Below are positions 13,216 through 26,888 of a stretch of DNA of 64,000 bases, one piece after another; position 1 is the stretch's first letter, and the number at the start of each line of letters is the position of its first letter. The DNA comes from Octopus bimaculoides (lineage: Eukaryota). The translations under genes and the position numbers were made by a program. Where the stretch lies: assembly GCF_001194135.2 (NCBI RefSeq), contig NC_068998.1, positions 47,072,494 to 47,136,493 on the forward strand, written 5' to 3'. The notes below the pieces were generated by a model, which was given only the letters and a program-made list of their open reading frames with translations, was not told the origin of the DNA and did not search any database.

Positions 13216-14533
13216 GATATATAGATAGATAGATAGATAGGTAGGTAGACAAACAGACAGACATATATTTGACAGGCTTTCACATAGATTCAGTCTATCA
13301 TATTCACTCACAAGGCACTGGTCGGCCCACACAGGACAGTAGCAGAAGATACTTGCCCAGGGTACTGTGCAGTGGGACTGAACCTGAAACCACAGGGTTC
13401 CAAAGCAAGCTTCTTAACCACATAGCCGCGCCTGCACCTACACAGCTGTGTTTTCTTTATAAAAACTAATTAAAATTTCCCGACCTGCCCCAACCACTAG
13501 CATACTACAACCACTACTACAATCACTAGTATCACTTACCCCACAACCACCCACACCCAACTGCACCCCTTCCATCCCTCTCTTCCTTTCATCTTATTAT
13601 TTTCATAGTTCCGGTGGCGGTGGTGGTGGTAGTGGTGAAATTTGTGTGGGTAGTAGTGGTAGGAATGATGATGGTTGTGGTGATAGTGTTGGTGGTTGTA
13701 GTGCTGGTAGTACAGGTTACAGTTGTTGTAGTGGTTGTAGTAATGGTGGTGGTGGTGGTAGTCATAATGTGAGTAGCTGTGATGGTAGATGTGGGTAGTG
13801 GTGGTAATAGTAGCAGTGAAGTGCATAGTATTGTAGCAGTAGTAGTAGTAGTAATGATGTAAGGAGTGGTGGTGGTAGTAGTAGTGTTAGCAGTAGTTAT
13901 AGTAGTAGCGGTAGTTGTAGTAGTAGTGGGAATAAGTGAGTTGTGGTGTTGGTGATAGTGGTGTTAGCTGCAGTAGTGATGATGTGGGTTGTGGTGTTAG
14001 TTGTAGTGGGGTTGGTGTTAATGGTAGTGGTTGAGGTGGTAGTAGCAGTAGTTAGCAGTGGTGAGTACCGGCGTTGGTGGTAGCAGTTATAAGTGAGTGG
14101 GTAGTGGTGTTGGTGGTAGTGTGGTAGTGGTGATGATAATGGTTGTATCATTAAGCAGTTGTGGTGCTAGTATCTAGCAGTGTCAGTGGTGTAGGAGGTA
14201 GTGATGATGGTGCTGGTGGTGGTGGTGGTATATGCCGCAGTGCAACCACTGTGTGTCCTGTGGAGGCAGCAGCAGCTGATTGAAGATGTCCTCTTAATAT
14301 AAGGTTTTACTACAACAACAACTACTACCACCACCACCACCGCTACTATTATTACTACTACTACTACTACTACTACAATACAAAGGGGGTAGGCCAATGG
14401 CAAGGGTGTGTGCGTGTGTGTGTGTGTGTGTGCATTGCAGTGTTATTGTTATTGAGAAGGCCATCATAGCTCATCCTCGTTGCTAGAAAACAAGAATACT
14501 TGTCTCTCATTCACACAAAGGAGAAAGAGAGAA

Positions 14534-14568
<35 letters not shown>

Positions 14569-14659
14569 TAGAGAGAGAGAGGGGTGGTATTCTGAGAGAT
14601 CGTCATCATCAGCAGCATCATNNNNNNNNNNNNNNNNNNNNNNNNNNNNNNNGAGAGAA

Positions 14660-14694
<35 letters not shown>

Positions 14695-17600
14695 TAGAGA
14701 GAGAAAGAGAGATAGAGAGAGAGAGAGAGAGGGGTGGTATTCTGAGAGATCGTCATCATCAGCAGCATCATCAACATCCTCATCATCACCACAAACAGAC
14801 AAGAGGCATGGAAAGCCTGCAAGTATCTCTCTGTCTGTCTTTCTCTTACTCCTTGCTCCGTCGTCTCTCGCACACAGATATTGTTTCTTCATAACCATTA
14901 TCATAATTGTTGATGAACTGGAATGCTACTTTCTCTTTCTCTCTCTCAGTCTCTCTCTCTCTCTCTCTCACACACAAACACACAAGCGGAGAATGAGAGA
15001 AAGAAGGAGAAGAAAGTGACAATACCATTAGATGTGTTTGGTACTAAAAACTACCACATAACAATTAATGAATGTTGCCTCTGCATACACACATACACAC
15101 AAACACACATACACACAAATATACATACACACAAATACACATGTTCACTCCTTCTCACACACACAGTGCTTTATATTATATGTGCTAATGTACATTGTAA
15201 TGTAGTATGTATGTGTATGTGTATAGAAACACACACACCACTACATATCGCTGTGTATTGTGTATGCTACTGTATTTGTCATACATTATACACATCTCTG
15301 TAGATATATGCATGTGTGTGTATGTGTGTGTGTGTATGATAAAGATGATCATATTCACACAAATGCTTATTGTTAGTACACCTCCACATAGTGCTGTATA
15401 TATATATATATGTGTGGGTGCATATGTGTATATATACATACATAAACATGTAGACGTATAGACTGTTATAGTGTTATATATACATGCTTACACACACCAC
15501 TATAAACTGCTATATATATATATATATATATATNNNNNNNNNNNNNNNNNNNNNNNNNNNNNNNNNNNNNNNNNNNNNNNNNNNNNNNNNNNNNNNNNNN
15601 NNNNNNNNNNNNNNNNNNNNNNNNNNNNNNNNNNNNNNNNNNNNNNNNNNNNNNNNNNNNNNNNNNNNNNNNNNNNNNNNNNNNNNNNNNNNNNNNNNNN
15701 NNNNNNNNNNNNNNNNNNNNNNNNNNNNNNNNNNNNNNNNNNNNNNNNNNNNNNNNNNNNNNNNNNNNNNNNNNNNNNNNNNNNNNNNNNNNNNNNNNNN
15801 NNNNNNNNNNNNNNNNNNNNNNNNNNNNNNNNNNNNNNNNNNNNNNNNNNNNNNNNNNNNNNNNNNNNNNNNNNNNNNNNNNNNNNNNNNNNNNNNNNNN
15901 NNNNNNNNNNNNNNNNNNNNNNNNNNNNNNNNNNNNNNNNNNNNNNNNNNNNNNNNNNNNNNNNNNNNNNNNNNNNNNNNNNNNNNNNNNNNNNNNNNNN
16001 NNNNNNNNNNNNNNNNNNNNNNNNNNNNNNNNNNNNNNNNNNNNNNNNNNNNNNNNNNNNNNNNNNNNNNNNNNNNNNNNNNNNNNNNNNNNNNNNNNNN
16101 NNNNNNNNNNNNNNNNNNNNNNNNNNNNNNNNNNNNNNNNNNNNNNNNNNNNNNNNNNNNNNNNNNNNNNNNNNNNNNNNNNNNNNNNNNNNNNNNNNNN
16201 NNNNNNNNNNNNNNNNNNNNNNNNNNNNNNNNNNNNNNNNNNNNNNNNNNNNNNNNNNNNNNNNNNNNNNNNNNNNNNNNNNNNNNNNNNNNNNNNNNNN
16301 NNNNNNNNNNNNNNNNNNNNNNNNNNNNNNNNNNNNNNNNNNNNNNNNNNNNNNNNNNNNNNNNNNNNNNNNNNNNNNNNNNNNNNNNNNNNNNNNNNNN
16401 NNNNNNNNNNNNNNNNNNNNNNNNNNNNNNNNNNNNNNNNNNNNNNNNNNNNNNNNNNNNNNNNNNNNNNNNNNNNNNNNTATATATACGACGGGCTTCT
16501 TTTCAGTTTCCGTCTACCAAATCCACTCACAAGGCTTTGGTCGGCTCGAGGCTATAGTAGAAGACGCTTGCCCAAGATGCCATGCAGTGGGACTGAACCC
16601 GGAACCATGTGGTTGGTAAGCAAGCTACTTACCACACAGGCACTTCTACGCCTCTACGAAAAATTATCCTCATATTTTTTATTTTTGCAGTGCAACTCAA
16701 CTGATGCTGAGCCAGTTCTCATGTAGAACACTCGTCAAAAGAAAGTTGCCCGTGCATGGTATATACCACCAAAGCAATGTGAAATTAGGTGCTTGTTATT
16801 TTGTTTTTGCTCAAGAACACAATGCACTGTCCAACCTTGGAATTGAAACCTTAATCTTGCAATCGTCAGTGCAATACCCTATCCACAAGGCTACATCTGA
16901 TATATGGCACACTGTGCAGCACTTGCACAAGTAATGTCAATTTAATGGAGAAAGAGAAAGAGAGAGACAGAGAGAGAGAGAAAGTAGTCTAATATACAAC
17001 ACAAATATTTGATCACTAAACAAGCCATCTGTGTAGATTGCTGAGCAACAAGCTGCAGAATCTTCATCTGTTATTTACAACAGGAAAGTTCCATTATATA
17101 CCATCAACATCTCTAACAACATTTGCTTCACAGGTTTTCTGTCCATCATTCAATTCAATTTTGTGTTACTGCATCTGTGGAGGGGTGGGTGGCCCTATCT
17201 TCACCAGAACTAATTCCACTACTGCTTCCTTTAGTATCCCTCCGACACACATATCTTCCGTTATCAATGCTCAACACACATCGTCCACACCCGTCTCGCA
17301 GTCATCTCTCTGACATTCATCAGCTGAAAGGTTTCTAATAGCCAAACCTCCACTCTCGCTCATTTGTGCTCCAGCTTTCATAGCATTTCTCATCACCTGC
17401 TGGTCTATGGAACACAGACGATCAATTTATGCATACATACATCACCATCATTTATCATCCCTTTTCAATACTGGCAAGTGTTGGACAGTTTGACAGAAGC
17501 TGGTAAGGCTTGGGGCTGCACCAGACTCCTTTGTCTGTTCCACAATGGTTTCTATGGTTGGATGCCCTTTCTAACACCAACCACTTTACAGAGTGTACTG

Positions 17601-17773
17601 GGTGCATTTTATGTGGCACTATCACCAGTGCTTCTTCATCGTAACCATCATCCTTATTTAAGCATCCAGCTTCCATTCAGGCATAGATTGGATGTTTCAA
17701 CAGGATTTGACAAGTGTTGTGCTTCAGTATCTACTTTCACATGGTATTTTATATCTGGATACCGTTCATAATG

Positions 17774-18157
17774 TGGAGGCGCAATGGCCCAGTGGTTAGG
17801 GCAGCGGACTCGCAGTCATAGGATCGCGGTTTTGATTCCCAGACCGGGTGTTGTGAGTGTTTATTGAGCGAAAACACCTAAAGCTCCACGAGGCTCCGGC
17901 AGGGGATGGTGGCGAACCCTGCTCTACTCTTCCACCACAACTTTCTCTCACTCTTACTTCCTGTTTCTGTTGTGCCTGTAATTCAAAGGGTCAGCCTTGT
18001 CACACTGTGTCATGCTGAATCTCCCCCGAGAACTACGTTAAGGGTACACGTGTCTGTGGAATGCTCAGCCACTTGCATGTTAATTTCACGAGCAGGCTGT
18101 TCCGTTGATCAGATCAACTGGAACCCTCGACGTCGTAAGTGACGGAGTGCCAGCCAA
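17774..18157 (+). mobile_element. Full-length tRNA-derived SINE with 13-bp TSD
   Basis: tRNA head TGGCCCAGTGG...TGATTCCC; flanked by direct repeat ACCGTTCATAATG at 17761-17773 and 18158-18170. Confidence 0.9.
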
Positions 18158-19915
18158 ACCGTTCATAATGCAACCCCTTTATAGAATGTACTGGTTGTTT
18201 TTTCCCTTTATTTGGCAGCAGTAATAGTGATGATTGCCTCATAACTTGTAATGTTAAGGGCCTAAGGTGGCCCCTGTAATGGAGGGAGAAAAGAAGAGAT
18301 CAGGTGTGATGATCTGAGGCAGTGAGATTACAACATGTAAGTAAGATGAGAAGGGAACAGGATTACAGTTGTTAGTGGTGAGAGTAACAGATTAGTAGAG
18401 TTGACACTAGAGTGGAGTATGAAATGCGGAGTGGACTGTAGTGTGGGATGTGGAGTGGAGTATGAAATATGGAGTGTAGAATGTGGAGGTAAGAGATGAG
18501 AAAACAGAGATCAAAACAAAAATAAATATAACAATGTTAACAATAAGTTGTAACAACAACAGCAACAATGACTATATCTGTAAGTGAAGATTCGGTTTGT
18601 TTTTGTAAGGCTGAGGGTCAAAGCAGAGCAAACCAAATTATGAAAGACCCAAACAACAACAACAGAAGTGAGAAAGATGGTAATTAAAAAGAAAAACAAA
18701 ACAAAAATACAGATACAACGAATAACAGAAATGCCATAAATAAGAGGTCATCAGAAATGTTTCTATTACAAGATAGGAGAAGGGGGGAGGTGTCCCTTGG
18801 TGTTAGCTTCTGGTATGTTTAAATAATGAAAGGGTTGGTTGCATTATAAAGTTCTATCTTTGAGGGCACCCCACCACCATACTCATACTGTCAAGACTAT
18901 ACATAACCATTGCTACCACCCTCACCTTCATTAGTAATGCTCCCTGTATGGAATGGTGGTGGTGGTGGTGAATGGTTAAGGAAAGACAGAGATGGACCCT
19001 ACGAAGATTCCTCAGGACGGATGTGACAGCACCATGACTATAATTACCAATCAAATGACAAACAGGGCAGACAAACAGACAGACAGATAGAGACCTGTGG
19101 GGGTGTCTGTGACAGTTATCCAGGCATACCACTAGCAATGGCTCAGCACTTCTATGTTAATTAACAAGCTTCGGAACTGATGCGTTAACAATGTGTCAAA
19201 TATGTGGTTGGCTGCCTGGATCTCTGATCTGATATTATTACAACTACTATAATAGGGAACAACTTCCCTTATACACACACACACACACACACACACAGAC
19301 AGACAAACACAAATACATACAGACACATTTACATAAAGGAATGTAAATACATTTGGAAAGGAATTTCTCTGGTACCCTGAAGTTATGTAGAATAAAGTGG
19401 TTGTTAAAACCACATTGCAACACTACTTACATATCTGGGACAGTGCTGTTGTTACATATACAAACATCATAGACCACATTACAATACTACTTACATTTCT
19501 AGGACAAGCCCTTTATTTCATGAGTATTCCTTATTACCTTTCCAAGACACCATAGATTTAACAATCAGAATTTTTACAATCAAATCCAATCATGCCATAC
19601 CCTCATGACTCTACTTCATTATTGCAACATAGCTTTGGAGCATGAGCAATTTCTTCCCAAGTCTACTTTCACTTTCCAGTCAATAACATCATAAGGTAGG
19701 CTTCATAATTTTTCTGATAAAAATCTAGACAGATGATAGATTCAAAGTTCTGCAGAAACTCGGCTGGTTGGTTCAAACAGGAGGCTGCCAAATTTTGGTG
19801 AAACTTGACAATCACTGTCTATTTTGTATAGAAACACACACACACACACATGTATGTAGGTATGTAGACATATATAATATTTATGTATCTGTATGTATCA
19901 AGGTATGTATGCATA

Positions 19916-19975
<60 letters not shown>

Positions 19976-20942
19976 CGTGTATGTACACATGAACAAGTAC
20001 ACACAAACACACACAGTCACAGTGGTTATGGTGTAGGTGGCAGGTGTGGTATTATTGATGAAACAGAAACGGGATGGAGATGTTTTTAATGTGGTGGAAT
20101 GTGTGTGTGTGTGTGTGTATGCCTGTGTGTCTGTGAGTGTGTGTGTGTGTCTGTGAGAGCGATGTCAGAGTAGTGAGAGGAGAGGGAGAAACAGGAGTGG
20201 TGTGGAAGCCTACATTGAACATGTATTGATTAGTAAATGGAAAGAGAGAGAGAGAGAGAGAGAGAGAGGAAGGAAGGTGGTGTTGATGGAGGCGATACAT
20301 CAGTACCATCATCATTATCGTCATCATCCTCCTCATCGTTGTCAAAGATCTGTAATGGAGAGCTAGACTACTGAGTTATTGAACCATAAAACTCATTCTT
20401 GTTCATCAACTTACACGGCCACCACACAACATTATTACATTTCACTGTAGTGGTAGGAGTGGAGGTGGTGGTGGTGGTGGTTGTAGCGGTGGTGATTGTG
20501 GTGGTGGCGACGATAGTAGTAATGATGGTGATGACAACGATGATGATGCTGACAACGATGATGGCAGTTATGATGACGGCTAATGTTGATGACAATAGCC
20601 ATGTTAAAAAAATGCTGGCGCAGATGGCAGTTATGATGATGATGATGATGATGACAAGGATGATGTTGATAACAGTACAGGTGATAGCGATGGTGATTGG
20701 AATGTTAATGGCAAAGAGGGTGATGTGATGACGATGACGATGACAGAATATAACATTCTCTCCTCCTTACTCTTGCTGTCAGTTAACGGAAACTCTCTCT
20801 CTCCGTCCCTCTCTATTTCACTCTCATCCCAGTCAAATGAACCAATCAATGGTTATGAAAGTTGAAAGCAATCAAAAAAGTGTATTTAATTCCACCTGTG
20901 AAAAAACGGCAGATAAGAGAAAATAAAATCAATATATAAACA

Positions 20943-20979
<37 letters not shown>

Positions 20980-21687
20980 NNNNNNNNNNNNNNNNNNNNN
21001 NNNNNNNNNNNNNNNNNNNNNNNNNNNNNNNNNNNNNNNNNNNNNNNNNNNNNNNNNNNNNNNNNNNNNNNNNNNNNNNNNNNNNNNNNNNNNNNNNNNN
21101 NNNNNNNNNNNNNNNNNNNNNNNNNNNNNNNNNNNNNNNNNNNNNNNNNNNNNNNNNNNNNNNNNNNNNNNNNNNNNNNNNNNNNNNNNNNNNNNNNNNN
21201 NNNNNNNNNNNNNNNNNNNNNNNNNNNNNNNNNNNNNNNNNNNNNNNNNNNNNNNNNNNNNNNNNNNNNNNNNNNNNNNNNNNNNNNNNNNNNNNNNNNN
21301 NNNNNNNNNNNNNNNNNNNNNNNNNNNNNNNNNNNNNNNNNNNNNNNNNNNNNNNNNNNNNNNNNNNNNNNNNNNNNNNNNNNNNNNNNNNNNNNNNNNN
21401 NNNNNNNNNNNNNNNNNNNNNNNNNNNNNNNNNNNNNNNNNNNNNNNNNNNNNNNNNNNNNNNNNNNNNNNNNNNNNNNNNNNNNNNNNNNNNNNNNNNN
21501 NNNNNNNNNNNNNNNNNNNNNNNNNNNNNNNNNNNNNNNNNNNNNNNNNNNNNNNNNNNNNNNNNNNNNNNNNNNNNNNNNNNNNNNNNNNNNNNNNNNN
21601 NNNNNNNNNNNNNNNNNNNNNNNNNNNNNNNNNNNNNNNNNNNNNNNNNNNNNNNNNNNNNNNNNNNNNNNNNNNNNNNNNNNNNNN

Positions 21688-21744
<57 letters not shown>

Positions 21745-22082
21745 TTATATACATACATACACACATAAATACACACATACATACATATATACACATACAT
21801 ATATACATACATATATATATAAATATATAATGGTAAGAAACTCTCAAGAGAGGTGCGCAGCAGACAGTCTTCAGCGAAGAAAGCTCCCTTGGGTTGTAAC
21901 ATTTGCCCGATGGGGGTTTCTCCACTGAAGACCTTCTGCCGTTCACCTCTTGAGAGCTTGTTAACACTATATAGGCATATACATACATGTGTACATATAT
22001 GTATATATATGTGTGCGTATGTATATGTATATATATATACATAAATACACACACACACATATATATATATATACATATGCAT

Positions 22083-22115
<33 letters not shown>

Positions 22116-23522
22116 CATACACACATACATACATACATATATATATACATACACACACTATGTATACACACACATTTTATAGATGATGATGATGATGATA
22201 TATATATGACACTAGCTTCAGTCCCACAGCATGGCATCTTGGGCAAGTGTCTTGTACTACCTCAGACTGACCAAAGCCTTATGAGTGTTATTGGTAGAAG
22301 GAAACTGAATGAAGCCTGTATGTATATATATTGTGCGTCTGTGTTTGTCTCACCGTCATCGCTTGAAAACTGATGCGTATACGTCCCCGTAACTTAGTGG
22401 TTCGGCAAAAGAGACCGATAGAATAAGTATTAGGCTTACAAAGAATAAGTCCCGGGGTCGATTTGTTCGACTAAAGGTGGTGCTCCAGCATGACTGCAGT
22501 CAAATGACTGAAGCTAATAAAAGAAAAAAATATATATAAAGAGTAAACAAGACAGTCAGAGACAAGTAGAAACAAGGAAAATGCCCCTTTCTATTTGAAT
22601 TCTATGCAAATATTATTTAAAAAAACTTTTCATTTAATTTTTCCAAAATTTAATTATTTTCCATACNNNNNNNNNNNNNNNNNNNNNNNNNNNNNNNNNN
22701 NNNNNNNNNNNNNNNNNNNNNNNNNNNNNNNNNNNNNNNNNNNNNNNNNNNNNNNNNNNNNNNNNNNNNNNNNNNNNNNNNNNNNNNNNNNNNNNNNNNN
22801 NNNNNNNNNNNNNNNNNNNNNNNNNNNNNNNNNNNNNNNNNNNNNNNNNNNNNNNNNNNNNNNNNNNNNNNNNNNNNNNNNNNNNNNNNNNNNNNNNNNN
22901 NNNNNNNNNNNNNNNNNNNNNNNNNNNNNNNNNNNNNNNNNNNNNNNNNNNNNNNNNNNNNNNNNNNNNNNNNNNNNNNNNNNNNNNNNATATAAAGGTG
23001 CATATCTGGGTACAGGACATTGCAAACAAAACGTAGACAAGAAAATAATAATAACCAGAGTACAGAAAACACACACGCCACATAGAGAACATTTTCCTTC
23101 ATCAGCTACCCCCGTTTTAACACTGGCGTTTCGAAGAGCTGGGCAGGACGCATCGTTGAAACGGCTCTTCCCATGGACCACAAATTAAATTTGTGTACAC
23201 AAATTAAACCTGTGCCATGGAGGAATGTAGTGGCAGACAAAAAACAAGACAGGAAAACAAACGGAAAAGAAAACAAGACAGGGAAACAAACGGAAAAGGC
23301 CAGGCGGCCAGACGTGAAAAATTATGTGTACATATATATATATATACTTGTATTAAAGCTGAAAAAATTTTCACAAACTGTTACTCATCATAATATTACT
23401 CAATCTTTGGTATTCGTGTACTATTTTTTTCCACCTTGTTTTGCATTTATGTGCTTACTCATGCACACACACACACGTGTGTCTGTATGTGTTTGTGTGT
23501 GTATATTGTTTATATATATATA

Positions 23523-23859
23523 TGAAGGCACGTGGCTCAGTGGTTAAACAGTTGAGCTTATGACCGTGAGGTTGTGAGTTTAAATCCTGGACCGGGCTGC
23601 GTGTAGTGTTCTTGAGCAAGACACTTTATTTCACAATGCTCCAGTTCACTCAGCTGTAGAAATGAGTTGCGACGTCGTTGGTGCCAAGCTGTATCGGCCC
23701 CTTTGCCTTTCCCTTGGATAACACTGGTGGCATGGAGAGGGGAGGCCAGTATGCATGGGTGACTGCTGGTCTTCCATAAACAACCTTCCCCAGACTTGTG
23801 TCTGGGAGGGTAACTTTCTAGGTGCAATCCCATGGTTGTTCATGACCGAAGGGAATCTC
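23523..23859 (+). mobile_element. tRNA-derived SINE, family B
   Basis: Homologous along its length to 12603-12940. Confidence 0.85.
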
Positions 23860-24881
23860 AGCATATATAAATATATATACATACACACACATATATACAC
23901 GGGTGCCTGTATGTTAAGCATATACGCGACATCAAGAATAAGAGGACCGAGACTAAAGACAAGGTATTACAGAAATGAATGACTGAGTTAGAGACAGGAG
24001 TGGTATGCATGTGAGCCAGTGAGGTGGATGTGTGGTGAAGCTGTTGGAAAGCAGCCTGGCATATGCGATAAGTTCAAATTATGTTGTTGGCACTACTTCA
24101 ACCCACATTCTACAACACATTGATCTCTAATACCAAGGTAGACTTGTATCAACCACTATACCCCATACCTACACTGTGCTACTGGAAAAGCAGATTTTGA
24201 CATTAATGTGTTCGATTTACATCAAGTTTGAGAAAAACTGAAGGTTTAATACATACGCAATAATTAATATATATATATATATATATATGGCTGTGTGGTA
24301 AGAAGTTTTCTTCCTGACCACAAGTTCAGTTCCACTGCATGGCACCTTGGGCAAACGTATTTTACTATAGGTTTGGGCTGGCCAAAAATGGATTTGGCAG
24401 ATGGAAACTAAAAGTTCTCCTATCACACAGTAGAGAGTACCCCTATCACAGAATACAGAGTACCCGAATCACATGTTCAACTCTTAGGAGATGACATGGC
24501 TGATCTATTGGCTAAAAATTTGAATGACAAAGAAGACAACTGGGCCAATTCATTGGCCCATTAATACAAGCCTTGAGATTAGCTGGCTGGTCTTTCTAAC
24601 AGCCAATCAGATTGCTTCTTGCATATCTGGGCATTTCAATGGTGGCTTCCATGATAGTTTGCAGTGTTCTGTGATTTTACATTGATTTTGTTTTGTGTTC
24701 CAAGTGAACAACAGGAAATTTCACTATGTCCAACAGTGCTACTGATGAAAATATTGTTAGAGAGTCTGGTTTCTCCCAGCCTAGCAGCGAATCTGACACC
24801 AAAGCTGGTGAAAACAATCACGAAAGTAGTGGAGAAGATTAAAATGATGATGGTGATTAACATGCTGTGAACCCTTGTTTT

Positions 24882-25142
24882 AGGATTAGTGGCTGTCTGG
24901 TAACTTGCTTACGAACCACATGGTTCAGGGTTTAGTCCCACTGTGTGACACCTTGGGCAAGTGTCTTCTACTATAGCCTCCGGCCTTGTGAGTGGATTTG
25001 GTAGACGGAAACTGAAAGAAGCCCGTTGTATATATGTATAAATATGTATGTATGTGTGCGTATATGTTTGTATGTCTGTTTGTCCCCCCAACATCACTTG
25101 ACAACAGATGCTGGTGTGTTTATGTCCCTGTAACTTAGCAGT
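24882..25142 (+). mobile_element. SINE family A, 3'-truncated
   Basis: Match to the 5' two-thirds of 62937-63343. Confidence 0.8.
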
Positions 25143-25477
25143 TGTACTTCTACAACGTACAAAATATTTCAACAATCTTCCTAATAATATTTAATTATAA
25201 AAATATAATAGGATTTTATTTAAATATTGAACAGCTATTAGGGTCCAGTAATGTCAAATAGGACTCAAAGGAATCCATAGCCAAAAAAATGGTTGAGAAC
25301 CACTGTACTAACTGGTCGTCATTTTATTGACTTTCCTAAATAAAAAATACAAAGTCGATCTAGCTGGGATTTGAACGCAGACTGTAGAGGCATAATTAAA
25401 ACTGTTTGATGCCCTCATCTCGAGTGTTGCTTTCGTTGAGTTCAATCCCATGCAAGGCACTAAGGTGAATCACAAGG

Positions 25478-25865
25478 CACCTAAAGAAGGCTGGAGTGTA
25501 CACAGCTGAAATGTTGTGGAAGCAACAAGCAAGATGAGAACACTGCTCAGACTAACACATGCTGTAAAATTCTTCATCTCAGAAATATACAATCGTATTA
25601 TCCAATTGATATGGAGCCAACATCAACAGAGATTTATAAGCCTTAAAAATTCACTCTGGCACTGCCAATGGGCTTAGCGTAGTGGATAAAGGCACTGAAA
25701 TACAATGCAGGACCTAATTTCTAACTCAGGCAAATTACTAAGGTAACTGAAGAAGGCTGGATCATACACAGCCAAAACGTAGTGGGAAAGCAACAATCAG
25801 GATGTGGACACCATTCTTACTAATACATAATAAAAAATTCCTCATCTCAGAAATATAGAATTGTA
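25478..25865 (+). repeat. Two direct repeats 266 bp apart carrying degenerate hammerhead cores (Penelope pLTR-like)
   Basis: 25478-25598 aligns with 25747-25865; CT(G/A)AAGA-A-GGCTG...CAGC(C/T)-(G/A)AAA-(C/T)GT-H. Confidence 0.5.
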
Positions 25866-26824
25866 ATAAAAGTATTTTACAGTTTAGTACAATTGTTAGA
25901 GTGAACAATACTAGGCTGTGGTACCTACATGTAGCTGAATAGACTGAGCTGTTGACAGTTGTATTATGGACACCTAGCAGAATTGGTGGTAATAGGATGC
26001 ACTCAACTGACCACTTTGAACACTCACTGAGGCACCCTCTTCTGCATCATAAATTTAACGTTCAAGTTTCCATGCTTGTAAGGGTTGTATGGAGTTGTAT
26101 TGAGGCAGATTTTCTACAGCTGGGTGTTCTTCTTGTTACCAAACCTTTTTCCAAGCAAAGTAGTATTTCTTCATGGCCAGACATGTTTGCGCAGAATGTT
26201 GGAAATCAATGACAACCATTTGCAACAATCATGCGGCATTCAAGACACACACACACACACATTCGCGATGGGCTTCTTTCAAACCTTTTCATAAAGCTTT
26301 GGACAGCCTGAGGCTGCAGTAAAAGATACTTGCCCAAGATGCTACGCAGCGGGAGTGAACCTGGAACCACACACAAAGATTATTGGCGTTTATAAATTAA
26401 TTCGAAGCTGACGTTTCCGATAGTTGCTATTAAGCTTCAAGTGTCCGTTTTTTCGCAGTCAACGCCGAAGATACTCAAGGGGAAATAACTCACAAGTCAA
26501 CGATTATTGTAAAGCTTGCAAGACGCAACAGAAATTTTTGGAAAAAATAAATGAATGGAAATCGAACCGGTGTGTGTGTGTGTTAGATAATAAGGCACAA
26601 ATAGAGAATGACTCTCCCCAAACACAAAATATTATCCAATAATCAGTTGCTTTAACGGAAGAGAAATTTGTGTGAGGGATTTGTTTAGGGTATGTGATAA
26701 TATACGCAAATGTACGAGGAAGCTTACGGCATCAGCTGTATCACTAGGTATAGACTATGTATAATCTATACTTATTTATTTTTATGAATTTTGCATATTT
26801 TTCTTCTATAACAGTATTAATTCC

Positions 26825-26888
26825 GGTACTACTAAAGCAGCGCGGACGCGTGACTGCGCGTTCGGATCCGCGCTGCTTTAGTAGTACC
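26825..26888. mobile_element. 64-bp micro-MITE, perfect 22-bp TIRs, 9-bp TSD (Mutator-like)
   Basis: GGTACTACTAAAGCAGCGCGGA (26825-26846) and its exact reverse complement (26867-26888); ATTAATTCC at 26816-26824 and 26889-26897. Confidence 0.85.

Noticed and set aside
14523-14771. Duplicated DDAADDDDLSEYHP segment across a gap
   Set aside because: Same contig-overlap artefact; no consistent splice sites found
17774-17850. tRNA gene-like sequences (also at the heads of families A, B and C)
   Set aside because: They are SINE heads continuous with SINE bodies and lack complete cloverleaf acceptor stems
23090-23170. GAAAC followed by CTGATGA (type II hammerhead order), also near 37610
   Set aside because: No NUH cleavage site or closing stems could be built
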